Source of the DNA: Ministeria vibrans ATCC 50519
Lineage: Eukaryota > Protista > Filasterea
Direction: 5' to 3'
DNA length: 64,000 bases
Assembly: GCA_943704425.1 (NCBI GenBank)
Contig: CALSCP010001725.1
Span: 1 to 64,000 of the forward strand
Shown: positions 21,344-34,320 of the stretch, piece by piece
How positions within the stretch are numbered: the stretch's first letter is position 1
How the letters are laid out: each line of letters opens with the position of its first letter
Made by a program: the position numbers and the translations under genes
Notes under the pieces: generated by a model
What the model saw: the letters and a program-made list of their open reading frames with translations, nothing else
Told to the model about the DNA's origin: nothing
The model's database searches: none

Positions 21344-23845
21344 TCAAAACCCACCACCAAACTTGGGCATGCCAGGCTGGTTGTGCATCCAGTCGACGGA
21401 GCGCTTCTTCTGGCGCTTGGAAATGTGTCGCATCTGACGACGCACGCGCGACGGGTCAAGCACAGCCTTGTGACGATGAAGGCGCTTCGGCGCGGGAGGC
21501 GCAGCCTTGAGCATCATGCCTCGCAGCCGGCGCCACAGATCCACATCGTCAATGTCAATGCAGCGCTCCTTGATCATGCGAATGGTCAGCGCCGCTCGCG
21601 GTGGCATCCCTTTGGCACACATAAAGCGCACAACTTTCTCCACTTCCTTCAGATGGTGTGACTGGGCAGCCAGTGTCACATAGTGATTGCACAAAATGAA
21701 GTCCGTCTACACCAAAATAAACCCAGTCAATTTTTTTCTCTCTCAGGTCTCGCTCCACTATACCTCTAAGTCAAGATAAGGTGTGTGGCTGGTGCGCAAC
21801 TGGCGATCGTCATCCTGATACACACCAAAGGAGGCTCGGCGCTCGGCTTTCTCGGCGACCTTGGACGTCAGGCGCTCGCCCAGGTTCACCTTGGCGGCGT
21901 GCTCGTGTTCTTCGCGCACCCCTCTCGTCTGCTTGGGCACATGCGGGTAGAGTGGGTCGCTCGGGTCAACCTCAGGCAGCTCCACCAGCGCCCGCTCACC
22001 GCCATCCGTTGCCACCAGCACATCGCGCCACACGCGCAGCCCATTGCGCCAGTCTACCGCACGCGCACACATCCCCATCAGAAACCGCATTGTCTGTCCA
22101 TTCGCAATCACTCCTCGCCGTTCAAACTCCTCCGAGTACACCCGCATCGCTCCCTCAATGTCCCCCACGTTCCCCAGTGCCGAGATGAGCGCATTCAGCG
22201 CAACCGGCGCCACCGCAATCCCCTGCGCATCCATCTCCCCTATCCGCTTTTCGACTTTGTTCAACAGCTCCCGTGCAGTCGCCACTTGGCCCTTCATATC
22301 CACCTGCAAACCAAAATGATAGAGTAAAAAGTACAAAAATGAGTAAGAATCCCAATCCTATTTGCCTTGCAAGTGTACGGGTTCTGCATCGCTGATAAAG
22401 GGCAGGTACTCTCGTTGGGGTTTGAGCTGCGGCTCAACTTTGTCTCGCACGTCAATGGGAACATAGCTGCGCGTGTACGCACGCAACAATGCATTAAACA
22501 TGCGCTGGTCAGGAGGAGTGCTATGAAAAGTAACGGAATAAGTACGCGAAGGTTACATATTCGACGCCTACGTCTTGGTGGCGAGTTCAAAGACGCGATC
22601 CGCTGCGACAATGTCTGAGACAGTGCTACACGAGAGTAACAACTCGACGTAGTGGTGCTTGTTTAAGGCCATGCCGTCCGTTTGCATCTCGTGCGCCAGA
22701 CGGAATGCATACTGAAAGTGATCCGGTCTGAAGAAAAAAGCAACAACAGTGAGATTAGACAACAGCCCCACTCTGTTATACATACAAAAACTCAATCGTA
22801 CCTTCGAGCACAGGCGGCGAGGAGACCGCCAAAGGCATGCGGGTCCATCTTGACGAGACCGCGCGTCGAGTTGAACAGCTTGATGGCGCGTTCGGGCTCT
22901 TGGGCGCGTGCACAGGCGTGCAACAACACTGTCACTGTGACGACGTCGGGTGCAATATCCATACGGAGACTCTCAAAGTACGTGGTCCACGCCAAGTTGA
23001 TGTGTCCCTCCTTGGCGAGGCCATTCACAATCGCCGTGAAACATGGCGCGGTGGGACGCAGCGACGCAAACTCGCGGTTCTTTGCCATGCGCATGAGTAG
23101 TTTGTGGCCGGCAACGGACTCCTCGCACTTGGCATACGTGTTCAAGAGGGCGCCATACACCTCAATAGTGCCCATCTCGCCGTATCGTCGCATCTCGCGC
23201 ACCGCTGTGAGTGCCGACATCAGATCACGCCGCACACCATAAAGCGCCACGAGAGCCGTCGTGAGTTTTGCCGTGGGCACACCTCCGTGGATCTCGGTGT
23301 ACTCTTTGAGGACTTGGTTGCACTCGTCGTCGTTGCGATAGGGCGACTCGGTGTGCTTGCGCAAGAACACCACGACGTAGTTCTCTTTCCACTTGTCGAT
23401 GCCGCTTTCGTTCACGCCAAAGTACTCGTCCATTTTAGGAGGCAATATGAGTTCGGCGGGCACGTGCGACACCTCCAGCTTCTCGGGTGCCTCCAGCATG
23501 ATGCGCTCGTACAAGTCAGTGTACTCAAGATCGCTCAGAATGAGACCGCGCGATCGCTTGCCCGCCTCCACCTCAAGCGGATTTCTGCTAGGATCTAGCA
23601 AGGCCAAACGCCTCGCATTCGCCTCTTGTACTTCCTGTGACAGAAGCTCCTGAGGAAACGCGAAAAAGTAGAAAACGTGAGCAACACTCGAAATTATTCG
23701 CACGGCGTACCATTGGTCTTGGCCTCGGACGACTGTCATAAGAACGAGACAACTTCGGTGGCGAACGTCGCGGCAACGGAGCCAACGACGAGTGGGCCCA
23801 GCGCACAGTGCGAATGAGAAGACGACGATCACAACGAAGAAACAT
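21344..23845 (-). CDS. Mitochondrial pentatricopeptide-repeat protein (6 exons)
   Basis: Repeats such as PDVVTVTVLLHACAR, PTAPCFTAIVNGLAK and ALNALISALGNVGD; Arg-rich, nearly acid-free N-terminus. Confidence 0.85.
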
Positions 23846-24006
23846 GGAGAATTAATTTCAACCCACGGTTCGCTGTGTCGTTCGATACAATCCAGTGATG
23901 CACAATGGAGTCACACCGAAAGGACAACAGTCGCCAAAATTTGAATAATTGGTTGAGATTAGATCGATGAACTTTCAATATCAACGTAAAGCTAAAAGCA
24001 ATCTTT

Positions 24007-25110
24007 ATGCTCTTTCGCCTCGCTTCTTCCCTCTGCTTACGATCCACCCGGTCATTGTCAGCTGTGACGCGGACTCCCAAAATGGCGGGAAGAGCAGAAT
24101 TTGTACTCAACGTCGCTGAAAAGCCCAGTGTTGCCAAAGGCATCAGCAACATCCTTGCCGGCGGCCATGCGCAGTCGGTACGCATCTAGCATCATTGTGT
24201 CTTGCGTGTGTACCATGTGTCGTCCGTCAAATGCGTCGTCATGAACACATTTTTAAACAAGTCGCAAACAGGTTTTTTTTTTTGTGAAACATTTTCTCAC
24301 TCTCCGCTTGTAGCGCAAGGGTCATTCCAAATACAACCTCATCTACAACTTTCAAATGACACTTGAGAACAAGCCTTGCGACATGGCATTCACCTCGGTG
24401 TCGGGCCATTTGAAGGTATGCTCAACGGATCCCACATCTGTGTCTCACTGTCCTAACCCCCACCACCACCGCCTTGTCCTCGTCCTAAAGGAGCTGAAGT
24501 TTGTCGACCGCTACAAGAGGTGGCAAGGGGTTCATCCGAGCGCGCTGTTCGAAGAGGCCGAGATTGTCAAGCAGGTGGCGCCGGACAAGTTGGCGTTGAA
24601 AACAACGCTGCGAACGGAAGCGCGCCGCGCCACTTGGCTCATCATTTGGACCGATTGTGATCGCGAGGGTGAAAACATTGGCTACGAAATCATTGAAGAG
24701 GTCCTCGCAGTCAAGCCTAATATTCGCGTGAGCCGTGCTCGCTTCAGTGCCGTCACACCCGTGTAAGTTGCCGAAAGCAAGACGTTTCTAGCTTTTTATG
24801 CTTGTTGCAACAACCAACCCCATCATGCATTTCTTTAGTGACATTCGACGTGCGTGTGCCAATCTCGTTGCACCCGATGCTCAACAATCGGCAGCTGTTG
24901 ATGCCCGTCAAGAGCTTGACTTGCGCATTGGCGCTGCCTTTACACGCTTCCAGACGCTGCTCTTGCAAAAGAGCTTCCCTGAGCTTGACAAGAACATCAT
25001 CAGCTATGGTCCCTGTCAGTTTCCCACTCTTGGCTTTATTGTTGATCGATACCGTCGCATTCGTGAGTTTGTCAGCGAGGACTTTTGGAAACTCGCTGTT
25101 GTCCACGAGC

Positions 25111-25141
<31 letters not shown>

Positions 25142-27953
25142 CCGAGAGGTGGAGGGAGCCTCTCGCTCGATTGCAAACTTTTCGTGGCGTCGTGTGCAAT
25201 TGTTTGATGAGGCACTCTGCACAACCCTTCATGAGATGTGTATGGAGAGCGGCGAGGCACTTGTGACGGCGGTGACAAGCAAGCCGCGCAGCAAGTGGCG
25301 TCCCAACCCCATGTCGACGGTGACACTTCAAAAGTTGGCGTCGCGCAAGTTGCGCATGCCGTCGCACCGCACCATGGAGGTTGCCGAGAAGCTGTACAAC
25401 CAAGGGTACGTGTCGTATCCGCGCACAGAGACGGAGCTCTTTGAGCCGACCATTGATCTGGCAGGCTTGGTGCAGCGACAGACACACGACCCGCGCTGGG
25501 GCGCGTTTGCTCAGGGCATTTTGGGCGGACGTGGACCGACGCCGCGTCAGGGCAAGAACAACGACAAGGCCCATCCACCGATTCACCCGACAAAAGCGGA
25601 CGGGGGCGCTCTTGAGAACGACGAACGTCGCCTCTACGAGATGATTACGCGGCACTTTTTGGCCACGTGCAGCGACGACGCGCGAGGCCAGGGTACCACT
25701 GTCGAGATTGATATTGCTGGCGAAGCCTTTACCGCGTCTGGTCTCATCATTACCGAGCGCAACTACCTCGATGTCTACCCCTACGATGCGTGGAGCGACA
25801 CGACACTGCCACACTACGAACGAGGTCAGCGATTCCGTCCAACAGCGATCAACATGACGGCGGGCGCCACGTCGCCGCCGTCGCTCCTCGCCGAAGCCGA
25901 CCTCATCTCGCTCATGGACCAACACGGCATTGGCACGGACGCCACCATGCACGAACACATTAAAAAGGTCCAGGAGCGCGAGTACGTCGAGCTAGTTGCC
26001 AACCACTTTCAGCCAACCACTCTGGGCATTGCGCTTGTCGAGGCTTACGACCGCATGGGCTACGACATGAGCAAGCCCTACATGCGCGCTCACATGGAAG
26101 CTCAACTGGCCCTCATTTGCGCGGGCACTCTCACTCGCGAAGCTCTTGTCGTGGAAATTGCTCAGCTTTACCACAACGTGTTTCGCGGCTCACTGCAGCG
26201 CACAGCTACCATCAATGCCGTCTTTGCGCAGTACTTTCAGCCGGCGCCCGGTCTTAACATTGACGCAAACCTTGCCCGCGGTGGGGGGGGTGATGGTGGA
26301 GGAGGAGGAGGAGGAGGAGGAGCGGGGGAAGCACTGATTGCAGAGGAGAATCCCTTAGGTCTGACGATTGTGGAGCGCAAGACAATGGGGCCGTGCAAGT
26401 GTGGTAAAAAGGGCGAGATGGGGCTGCGTTCCACGCGTGAAGGTGGTCACTTGATCAGTTGCTCGCAGTACCCGGCATGTCGACGTGCATTTTTCATGGA
26501 CACCAAAGGTACCGAAAGCATTGACGTCGCCCCCAACGCTGCCTCCTGCTCGACGTGTGGTCTCAAGATGCTAACCGTCAAATTCAAGAAGGATTCTGCC
26601 CCCCCTGGTATGCAGAATCTCACCGCTTGCATTGCTGGCTGCGGCCACAACGATATGCTTGCCGAGCTGCTCAGTGTCAAGTACAACGCGGGTGGGAGCA
26701 AACAGTCATCGGCATCGTTGTCATCATCATCATCAGCTTCCACACCCAAACCCTCGGCGGCAGCGGCAGCAGCAGCAGCGCCATTATCTGGTTCTGTCGC
26801 AGCCGTGTCGCCTTTCGCCACGTCAGCGTCGAGTGAGCCTCCTCGCAAAGTACAGCGCCACAACCATGATGCGGGCACGGAGATGCGGAGTTGCTCGTGC
26901 GGCACTCCCGCCAAATTGATGACTAGTGGCGAGAACGCCAAGAACAGTGGTCGCCAGTTTTTTACCTGCCCGTCGCGCCAGTGCAAGTTTTTCGAGTGGG
27001 CCGACGAACCCCCGCGAAATCGTACGTCTGCCGCCGTTGCCACCACCCCATACGCGGCCACATCTTCCTCGTCGACCGGACCTTACGCAGCGATAACGGC
27101 GACAGCTACGACGACGACGACGGACGAGAACGTCGTCCGTTGTAGCTGTGGGCAGCCGAGTGTGTTGCGCACGGTTGTGAAGGAATCAGTGAATAAGGGT
27201 CGACAGTTTCACGGGTGCGAGACACGCAATTGTGAATTTTTTGAGTGGGCCGATGTCGGTGGTGGTGGTGGAGGAGGAGGAGGCAGAGGAGGATTTAGTG
27301 GCGGCCATGGAGATTTTGGAGGGAACGGACTCTTTGGTGGAATGGCGACCGGCCAAGAGAACTCGGACACACCATTGTGCAGTTGCGAGTTGCGTACCAC
27401 TGTGCGCACATCGTCGAAGGAGAACTCCAGAGGAAAGCAGTTCTTTGTGTGCAGCAAGCCCCGTGGGTCTGGCTGCGACTTTTTCCTGTGGCTCGATCCG
27501 TCTCCTTCCGATGGCGGCGGCGGAGGAGGAGGAGGAGGAGGAGGAGGGTTTAGCGGCGGTGGTGGGGTTGGCAAGGGCAAGCGCGGAGGAAGAGGAGGCA
27601 GCCGTGGTGGAGGCGGTGGCGCTCGAGGCGGAGGTGGAGGAAGTAGTGGCAGTGGCAGTGGACTGTCATGTTTTAAGTGTGGTGAGGCAGGACACTTTGC
27701 CAATGCTTGTCCCAAAGGTAGTAGTGGAGGAGGAGGAGGAGGAGGGAGCTGGGGTGGATCAGCGGGCGGAGGACAAAAGTGTTTCAAGTGTGGCGAGTCA
27801 GGCCACTTTGCAAACGCATGTACAGGCGCAAAGGGTGGGGGAAGTGGAGGAGGCTTTGGTGTTGAGAAAAAGAAAAGGGCACCACCCAAGTGTGGGATGT
27901 GTTCACAAGTTGGTCACACGAAACGTGCGTGTCCTTTGCTGAAAATGGTGTAA
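24007..27953 (+). CDS. TOP3A: DNA topoisomerase III alpha with C4 zinc ribbon, 3 GRF zinc fingers and 3 CCHC knuckles (4 exons)
   Basis: [32 protein letters not shown], catalytic [17 protein letters not shown]; second in-frame ATG at 24082. Confidence 0.97.
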
Positions 27954-28297
27954 GAAGTATATTAAAAAGATTTATTGAAGGAGAAGAAGAAGAAGACAAA
28001 AGTCTCTCGCGGACTGGCTGCCAGTATAAGATCTGTGACAGTCTATCCGTTTACTGGTTGCTTTGCAAGCTTTTTTTGTGTTTCTTTCTCGCAGACAGTG
28101 GTCCCTTATTGTCTCCAATAGAATTAAAATAATAATCATAATACTAATAATTATTATTATGTATAATTATAATAATGTTATCATGTTCGGTTTGTAATTT
28201 TACGATGCATGTGTTAAGCATGCAAAATAGAAAGGCACGCATGGGCCCAGCCCACGATCGGGGAGAGGGGGGTAGACGTCAGGAGGTCAGGCGGGCA

Positions 28298-29407
28298 CTA
28301 AGACGGTTTGTCGTAGCAGCTGCGACACAGCGCAACGTACTTGTCGGATGAGCCAATCACAATCTCTTCCGTCTCGGGTCCAATGCGCTTTGAGAAGGCT
28401 GCTTCGCCATAGCATTTCATGCACACTGCACTCAATTTGACGACGTTTTCCGCCAGGGGAATCAATTTCAGAACATCCCCAAACGGCTGAGTAACAAAAC
28501 GAAATAGACGATTAGGGACAAATTGATGAAACATGAAATCGAACCTGTCTGGTGTGTGTCCCGTCCAAAGCCGCCACAATGACCGTCTTGCCAATGCTGG
28601 CCATATAATCGCAAAATTCAACCAAGTCCGGGAACTGTCAAGAGGGAGGAGGAACAACAAGCAGACATGTTTAGCAAAACAGTGCGTCTCGGTTGGTGCG
28701 TCTCAGCGTACAAACTGTCCTTCGTCAATCCCAATGACACAGTACTTTTCGTGCGATAGGTTATCGACCAAAGGTAAGAGGCTTTCGGTAGGAATAGCAG
28801 GAAAAGTTTGCCTGTCGAAGATGAGAGCAGAGAGGAAGTTGATGGGAGGAGGAAGGAGTCGATTGCAAAGGACGAACCTGTCATGACTGGCAACACTCGA
28901 CTCGCTGTACCGATTGTCGCTGTGGTACTTTACCATAGCACACCCACGGAGAGCAACCTGGTGGCGCTTCATCCGCCGCATGAGTTCGGTCCTAAGGATA
29001 TAGCGGATGAGTGCGATTTGTCATGCCTGCGGAGGGACGCTTGAGCGCAGCGTACGTCTTTCCCGAGAACATGGGTCCAAGGATCACCTGCAAAGAGAAC
29101 AGCATGGCCAAGACAAGGGCAGGTGAGTCATCGCTGGAGTGAAGGAAGCAGAGGAACGCCGCGAATGGGAGCGGACGCGAGTGCAGGGGAAGGGACATCG
29201 CACACTGTCATGCACACACAACACTTGTTGGAGCGCATCACGGTCAAGAGAGGAGCATAGACGCATGCGTACCTGAATATGACCCACTCCAGAAGCGGGC
29301 GGCTCCGCAGTGAAGCAGGCGGCGCTGCGGCAGGGCGTGGAGTGTGGAGTGACCCGGAGCGTGTGAGGACTGAGGATACGGCCAATGCTCCGTCTGGCAA
29401 TAAACAT
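28298..29407 (-). CDS. TK1: Thymidine kinase, TK1 type (6 exons)
   Basis: VILGPMFSGKTTELMRR, VIGIDEGQFF, VIVAALDGT, KLSAVCMKC, IGSSDKYVALCRSC. Confidence 0.95.
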
Positions 29408-29553
29408 ACGCCGCAGCGGGGTTGACGAACGGCGAAAGACGGATAGGAGACGAAATCGAACGTGACAGAGTGAGGAAAGTACAACTATTTATTGATTTTC
29501 GGTCATTGACTCATTGGTGAATGGTGATTGGACTCATTGCCGATTGATTTCTT

Positions 29554-31154
29554 TCATTTTGGAACCCACTCTTTCGAGACAGGCTTGAGAGTAGGCGGAA
29601 CCATCACACGCAAAAGAGAGGGCATCAATTCGACATGGAGAGGGGCAAGATCAACCTTTTCGCCATCCACATCAACAATGCCACGGTCCTAGGAGTGAAT
29701 TGAGTTAGCAAAGAGACACACACATTTGAGTTTGCATTGCTTTACCTCGAGTGGTTCGAGCGAGAATGCCTTGACGCGCATATAATGAATAAACGGCTGG
29801 GTGATTGAATTGCCGTTTTCAAGATCAAGAAACATCGAAATGAGCTGAAGAAGGGAGAGAACGAGAGAGACAGACAGACAGAGAGACGGAGAGACGGAGA
29901 GGAGAAAGAAACAAAGTGATGAGAGAGAGAGAGAGAGAGAGAGGAGAAAGAAACAAAGTGATAGAGGGAAAGGAGAAAAAAACAATAGAGAGAAAAAGTA
30001 CAGTGAGCGAGGGAGAAGGAGAAGAGTAGAATGATGAATACGCGTTTCTTGGTAAGCATGGGGTCGTCGCCATCGGCCCACACGAGGTGAATAGCGCCGT
30101 CGGCATGGCCGGCGTACGGAGCGAGCCACGAGTCGTTGCTGGCCCAGGCGACATTCATGGCGATGATGTGCGCAAAGGGACACTCAACGGTGCGCCATCC
30201 ATCGCGCGTGCGCTCGCTCGATGTGCGCCCGTTCAGGTGCCACTCGGGCCGCATTGAGATTGCTGTGCCGTACGAATCGGCTCTCTCGCGCGTCTCCTCC
30301 GAGGGACCCGCCTGATCACCATCAGCAACATCTGCAGTTGCACTCGCAGCAGTGACTGTCTTGGCGCCCCCTCTCTCGTCCTCATCAACTATATCGCACT
30401 GTGTCAGTCTTTCGTTTCATTTCTCCATCACTTTGTTTCCTCTCTCCCTATCACTTTGATTCTTTCTCTCCCTCTGTCTCTTTTTCCCTCCCCCATCTCT
30501 ATCACTTTGTTTCTCGCTCTCTCTATCACTTTGTTTCTCTCTCTCTATCACTTTGTTTCTCGCTCTCTCTATCACTTTGTTTCTCTCTCTCTCTATCACT
30601 TTGTTTCTCTCTCTCTCTATCACTTTGTTTCTCTCTCTCTCTATCACTTTGTTTCTCTCTCTCTCTATCACTTTGTCTCTCTCTCTCTCACTTTTTTNNN
30701 NNNNNNNNNNNNNNNNNNNNNNNNNNNNNNNNNNNNNNNNNNNNNNNNNNNNNNNNNNNNNNNNNNNNNNNNNNNNNNNNNNNNNNNNNNNNNNNNNNNN
30801 NNNNNNNNNNNNNNNNNNNNNNNNNNNNNNNNNNNNNNNNNNNNNNNNNNNNNNNNNNNNNNNNNNNNNNNNNNNNNNNNNNNNNNNNNNNNNNNNNNNN
30901 NNNNNNNNNNNNNNNNNNNNNNNNNNNNNNNNNNNNNNNNNNNNNNNNNNNNNNNNNNNNNNNNNNNNNNNNNNNNNNNNNNNNNNNNNNNNNNNNNNNN
31001 NNNNNNNNNNNNNNNNNNNNNNNNNNNNNNNNNNNNNNNNNNNNNNNNNNNNNNNNNNNNNNNNNNNNNNNNNNNNNNNNNNNNNNNNNNNNNNNNNNNN
31101 NNCAGCCCCCCCCCCATCCCACTCAATCACGATATACAATAAATAACCCCTTGC

Positions 31155-31186
<32 letters not shown>

Positions 31187-32098
31187 ATATTATATATAAA
31201 CGAGACCTGCGGGGATGAGTGCAATGGGCATGTTGACTGCGTCGCGCCAGTCGTCCCGGTCCAGCAGTCCGTTGATCAGCTCGTGCAAAAGTCCGTCCCC
31301 CGAGACCGTCACTGCCCCGTCGTACGCTGTCAAATCCATTTCTCGCCCAATTTCAGTAGCGTGCAGAGCATGTGTGGTCACTAAGACACAAATAATTGTC
31401 AAATAAAATAATATTGCAACTCCACGCATAACGTTTTTGGTGGTCCTTACACAGCACTGTCGTGTGAATGCGCGCACACTCGAAAAATCTCTGTACGTGT
31501 TTGGTGTAGATTGGTACAGCCTTGCGAGTGCCTCCAACAGGGTTCACGAGCACCAGTAATCTGCGTGGTGGCGGTGGGTCTGGCGTCGGTGTATGCAATG
31601 CAATGGAACCACAAAATCAGTGTTTGGCGCAATCTCTGCTGTTCGAAAACTCTCCCATTCACTTACGGCCAATAGGCACACCGCCAAGGACGGAGCGAAT
31701 GGCGCTCACCCACTGGTCCGCCTCGTCAGTGGTCGCCGTCACAAAACGCTGAACCACCTTCAGACGAACCAACGGTTTTTGTGGCTTCTGCACAAGTGCC
31801 TGCACAATAAAGCCGCACTCTTCGCCAAGACAGGCCATGTCGGTCCCATACACGTCGTACAGGAGGAGAGATCCCGCTGGAGAAGCAAGGGACGCAGTGA
31901 GAGGGTGGAAGCGAACACAAACTTGGGCTGTACCAGTGCCTCTTGGGCCGGCAACTTCCGGCTTCCACGTCAACGTGTCGGCAGTCAAGGTTAGAGTACA
32001 CGTGGTACGCTGGATAACCACGGCGCCTGTGAGAGGAAGAGAACGAGGAGAGAGAGAGAGATGAATACTTTTGCGACCCGCGACGTACTGCTAAACAT
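29554..32098 (-). CDS. SPHK: Sphingosine/long-chain-base kinase (DAGK family) with N-terminal PH-like region; spans an assembly gap, start approximate
   Basis: LLVLVNPVGG, VSGDGLLHELINGLL..DW, IALIPAG, VDGEK. Confidence 0.88.
29853..29990. repeat. (GA)n + GAAACAAAGTGAT compound repeat (SPHK intron)
   Basis: Two motif copies. Confidence 0.85.
30420..30697. repeat. Tandem array of TATCACTTTGTTT(CT)n, about 22-24 bp unit, running into a gap
   Basis: About ten motif copies. Confidence 0.95.
30698..31102. other. Assembly gap (others at 46481-46490, 59247-59676, 63111-63411)
   Basis: N runs, mostly flanked by simple repeats. Confidence 1.
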
Positions 32099-32244
32099 AG
32101 TGATTGATGCTGTTGCCCCCTGTCCCCTATCACTGCTACACTAGTACACCTTCCAAGACCCAAAAGGAAGAGCACGAATAATATGGAACTTTTATTCATT
32201 ATTGGTACATTAGCATAAATATCTGTCATTCCGTCACCATTTCG

Positions 32245-32742
32245 TCACTCAGTTGTGTACACTCGTCGCAAATCAGCACACGATCCCTTGTCAAACTCTC
32301 CGATGAATAGAATACCGTCGGGGTTGGTCATTTCGACGAGACCGTGAGGCTGATTCTCGCAGAAAGCTCCTTTGAGGCAAGTGCGGTCGGGCAGTCTCAG
32401 AACGCCCTCTTTAAACGTCCCTCCCTCAAAGCTACCCCTAAATTCGGCACCGTTGGCGAATGACAATACTCCCGAGCCTTGCATGGCGTCCATGGCCCAC
32501 TACGAGCAAGCGAGTTGAGTCGGAGACAGTCGCCATGACAACATATACAATTGTCCTACTTCGCCTTGGTACACGTCCCCACTTGCAAAAGTCATCACAC
32601 CCTCGCCGTGTCTCACGCGCCTTTCCACGTTGCAACCTTGGCTGGCGTCGTCGTGCGGCACGAGTTTCGTCTCGCCCCTGTACGTGTGTTGGTCGTTGTT
32701 GTCAAAGACGAAGCTCAACCTGGGCAGCCGCGACTCCGCCAT
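32245..32742 (-). CDS. MORN-repeat protein (2 exons)
   Basis: RHGEGVMTFASGDVYQGEW..DAMQGSGVLSFANGAEFRGSF. Confidence 0.85.
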
Positions 32743-32853
32743 TCTCACGCTGCCTCGTTGAACTAGCACCTTAATGTGTCAAAATGGACTTCACAAGCCA
32801 AAGACAGCGACCGCCCAAAGGGAGTCAAGAGAGAAAAGAAAGTGTACAATTGT

Positions 32854-33201
32854 TCATTTTGGAACACTCGTCCCCGACTCCTCGGACACTTGGGAGGGAT
32901 TTTGCGCCACAGGGCCCTCCTCCGAGTAGTATCGCTTCTTGAGAGTGCGGTACTTTCGTAGCATGTAGAGTGCTTCGATCTCACGGATGACAAATTCACC
33001 GCGGGCGATCAGAGCGGGAACTTCGTCGGGGCGTGCGTCGCGGTTGCTGAGAAATGCAGCTTTGCACTTTGCTCTGAAGTACGCATACCCTTTGGGGTAT
33101 GATCTGCCGAGATAGAGAAGCTGGGGAAAGTTGATGACAGAGGAAGAGACATTCAAACGTACATCGCGATAGAGCTCCCTCACAGTGCGCGGCCGACTCA
33201 T
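32854..33201 (-). CDS. ETFRF1: LYR-motif protein 5 / ETF regulatory factor 1 (2 exons)
   Basis: LYRD|LLYLGRSYPKG, RGEFVIREIEALYMLRKYRTLKKRY. Confidence 0.92.
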   Translation of the reverse strand: MSRPRTVRELYRDVRLNVSSSVINFPQLLYLGRSYPKGYAYFRAKCKAAFLSNRDARPDEVPALIARGEFVIREIEALYMLRKYRTLKKRYYSEEGPVAQNPSQVSEESGTSVPK

Positions 33202-34053
33202 TCCCAAGGAGTTGTAGCTGCCAATCACTCGATCAGCGGTCTTCTACTCTTGGCCGTTCAATAAGCAGAAAAATAAAATTGGGTTTATTGACGTGATTTA
33301 TTCATGTGAAAAAGTTTTATTCAAGCAAGGAGATAAATACAATGAACGCTTCCGCCATAGGCTAACCCCAAGATTCAAGAAGACGGAGCATCGCACCTAT
33401 AGACCATAGTCTGACAATAAATCCACAAATACGCAATTAGGATGTTAGTTGACCCACTAAGCTAACCTAATAACACACCAATAAAATAATAATTATTATT
33501 GAAATTATTGATAAGACGGAAAATGAATTATTAATGATCTTCGAGAATTCGGAGTATTAAGAAATTATTAATATTTATTTCCTCACTCTTCTCCCCCTCT
33601 CCTCCCCACCCTTGCTCTCTCCTCCCCCTCCTCTCTCTCTCCTCGCATTTTATCTTCCATGTCAGCCACAACGCAATGCCCTGACCGCCACGCGCATGCC
33701 CAAGATGCGGCCCTCCCGACCACATACCTCTCTCACAGCAGCACCTTGAGGCGCAGCAGCAAAGTGTCTGTCATACAACGACGCCCTCGGAACAATCAGA
33801 ATACTGGGTGTGCACCACTACGTGCCACCCCCCCTCCCCCCCTGACGGTGGTGGAGCTTGCTCTCACTCAGTGCCAGCCTTGTGCTGGGGTGTATCTGGT
33901 GCCTATCGCGTCACTTGGGTGGCCATCAGCCAACTTGTCTTTGCTCTCTCTCAATGCTCCTGTAGCTTCGAAAGCGGTTCAGAGCTGCTTGTGTTGTCGC
34001 TTTAAAATATTCTTCTTCTATTTACAAGGTGAATTCTCGACTCGCTGAGCACT

Positions 34054-34127
34054 ACCCATTTATTAATGATACAGTCACCACGCGAAAACACAGCCAGACC
34101 GCCTTGCAAACTCAACCAAAACTCTAG
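34054..34127. repeat. 74-bp dispersed intergenic repeat, copy 2
   Basis: 71/74 identical to 5239-5312. Confidence 0.9.
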
Positions 34128-34320
34128 AGGTAACATGGGAGAACAGTGGCAGGTCAGAGTGCTGTGGAAGAAGAAAAAGAATACAAACCATTTATGAATG
34201 ACACAATTATAAGAAAACGAAGAATATAATAAATTATGACGCAGTCTTATTATAATAATTAATTATAATTATTATTATTAATTTATTACAATACTAATTT
34301 TAATAAATGATACAATTAAT

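Noticed and set aside
22300-22380. Possible GC-AG intron in the PPR gene (CAAG|GCAAAT)
   Set aside because: A canonical GTACAC donor just upstream gives the correct phase.
24753-25958. Long antisense ORFs opposite TOP3A and other genes
   Set aside because: Expected shadows of GC-rich coding sequence with no recognisable motifs.
30420-30697. CRISPR-like array of regularly spaced repeats
   Set aside because: The spacers are only (CT)n, there are no cas genes and the context is a eukaryotic intron; it is a minisatellite.
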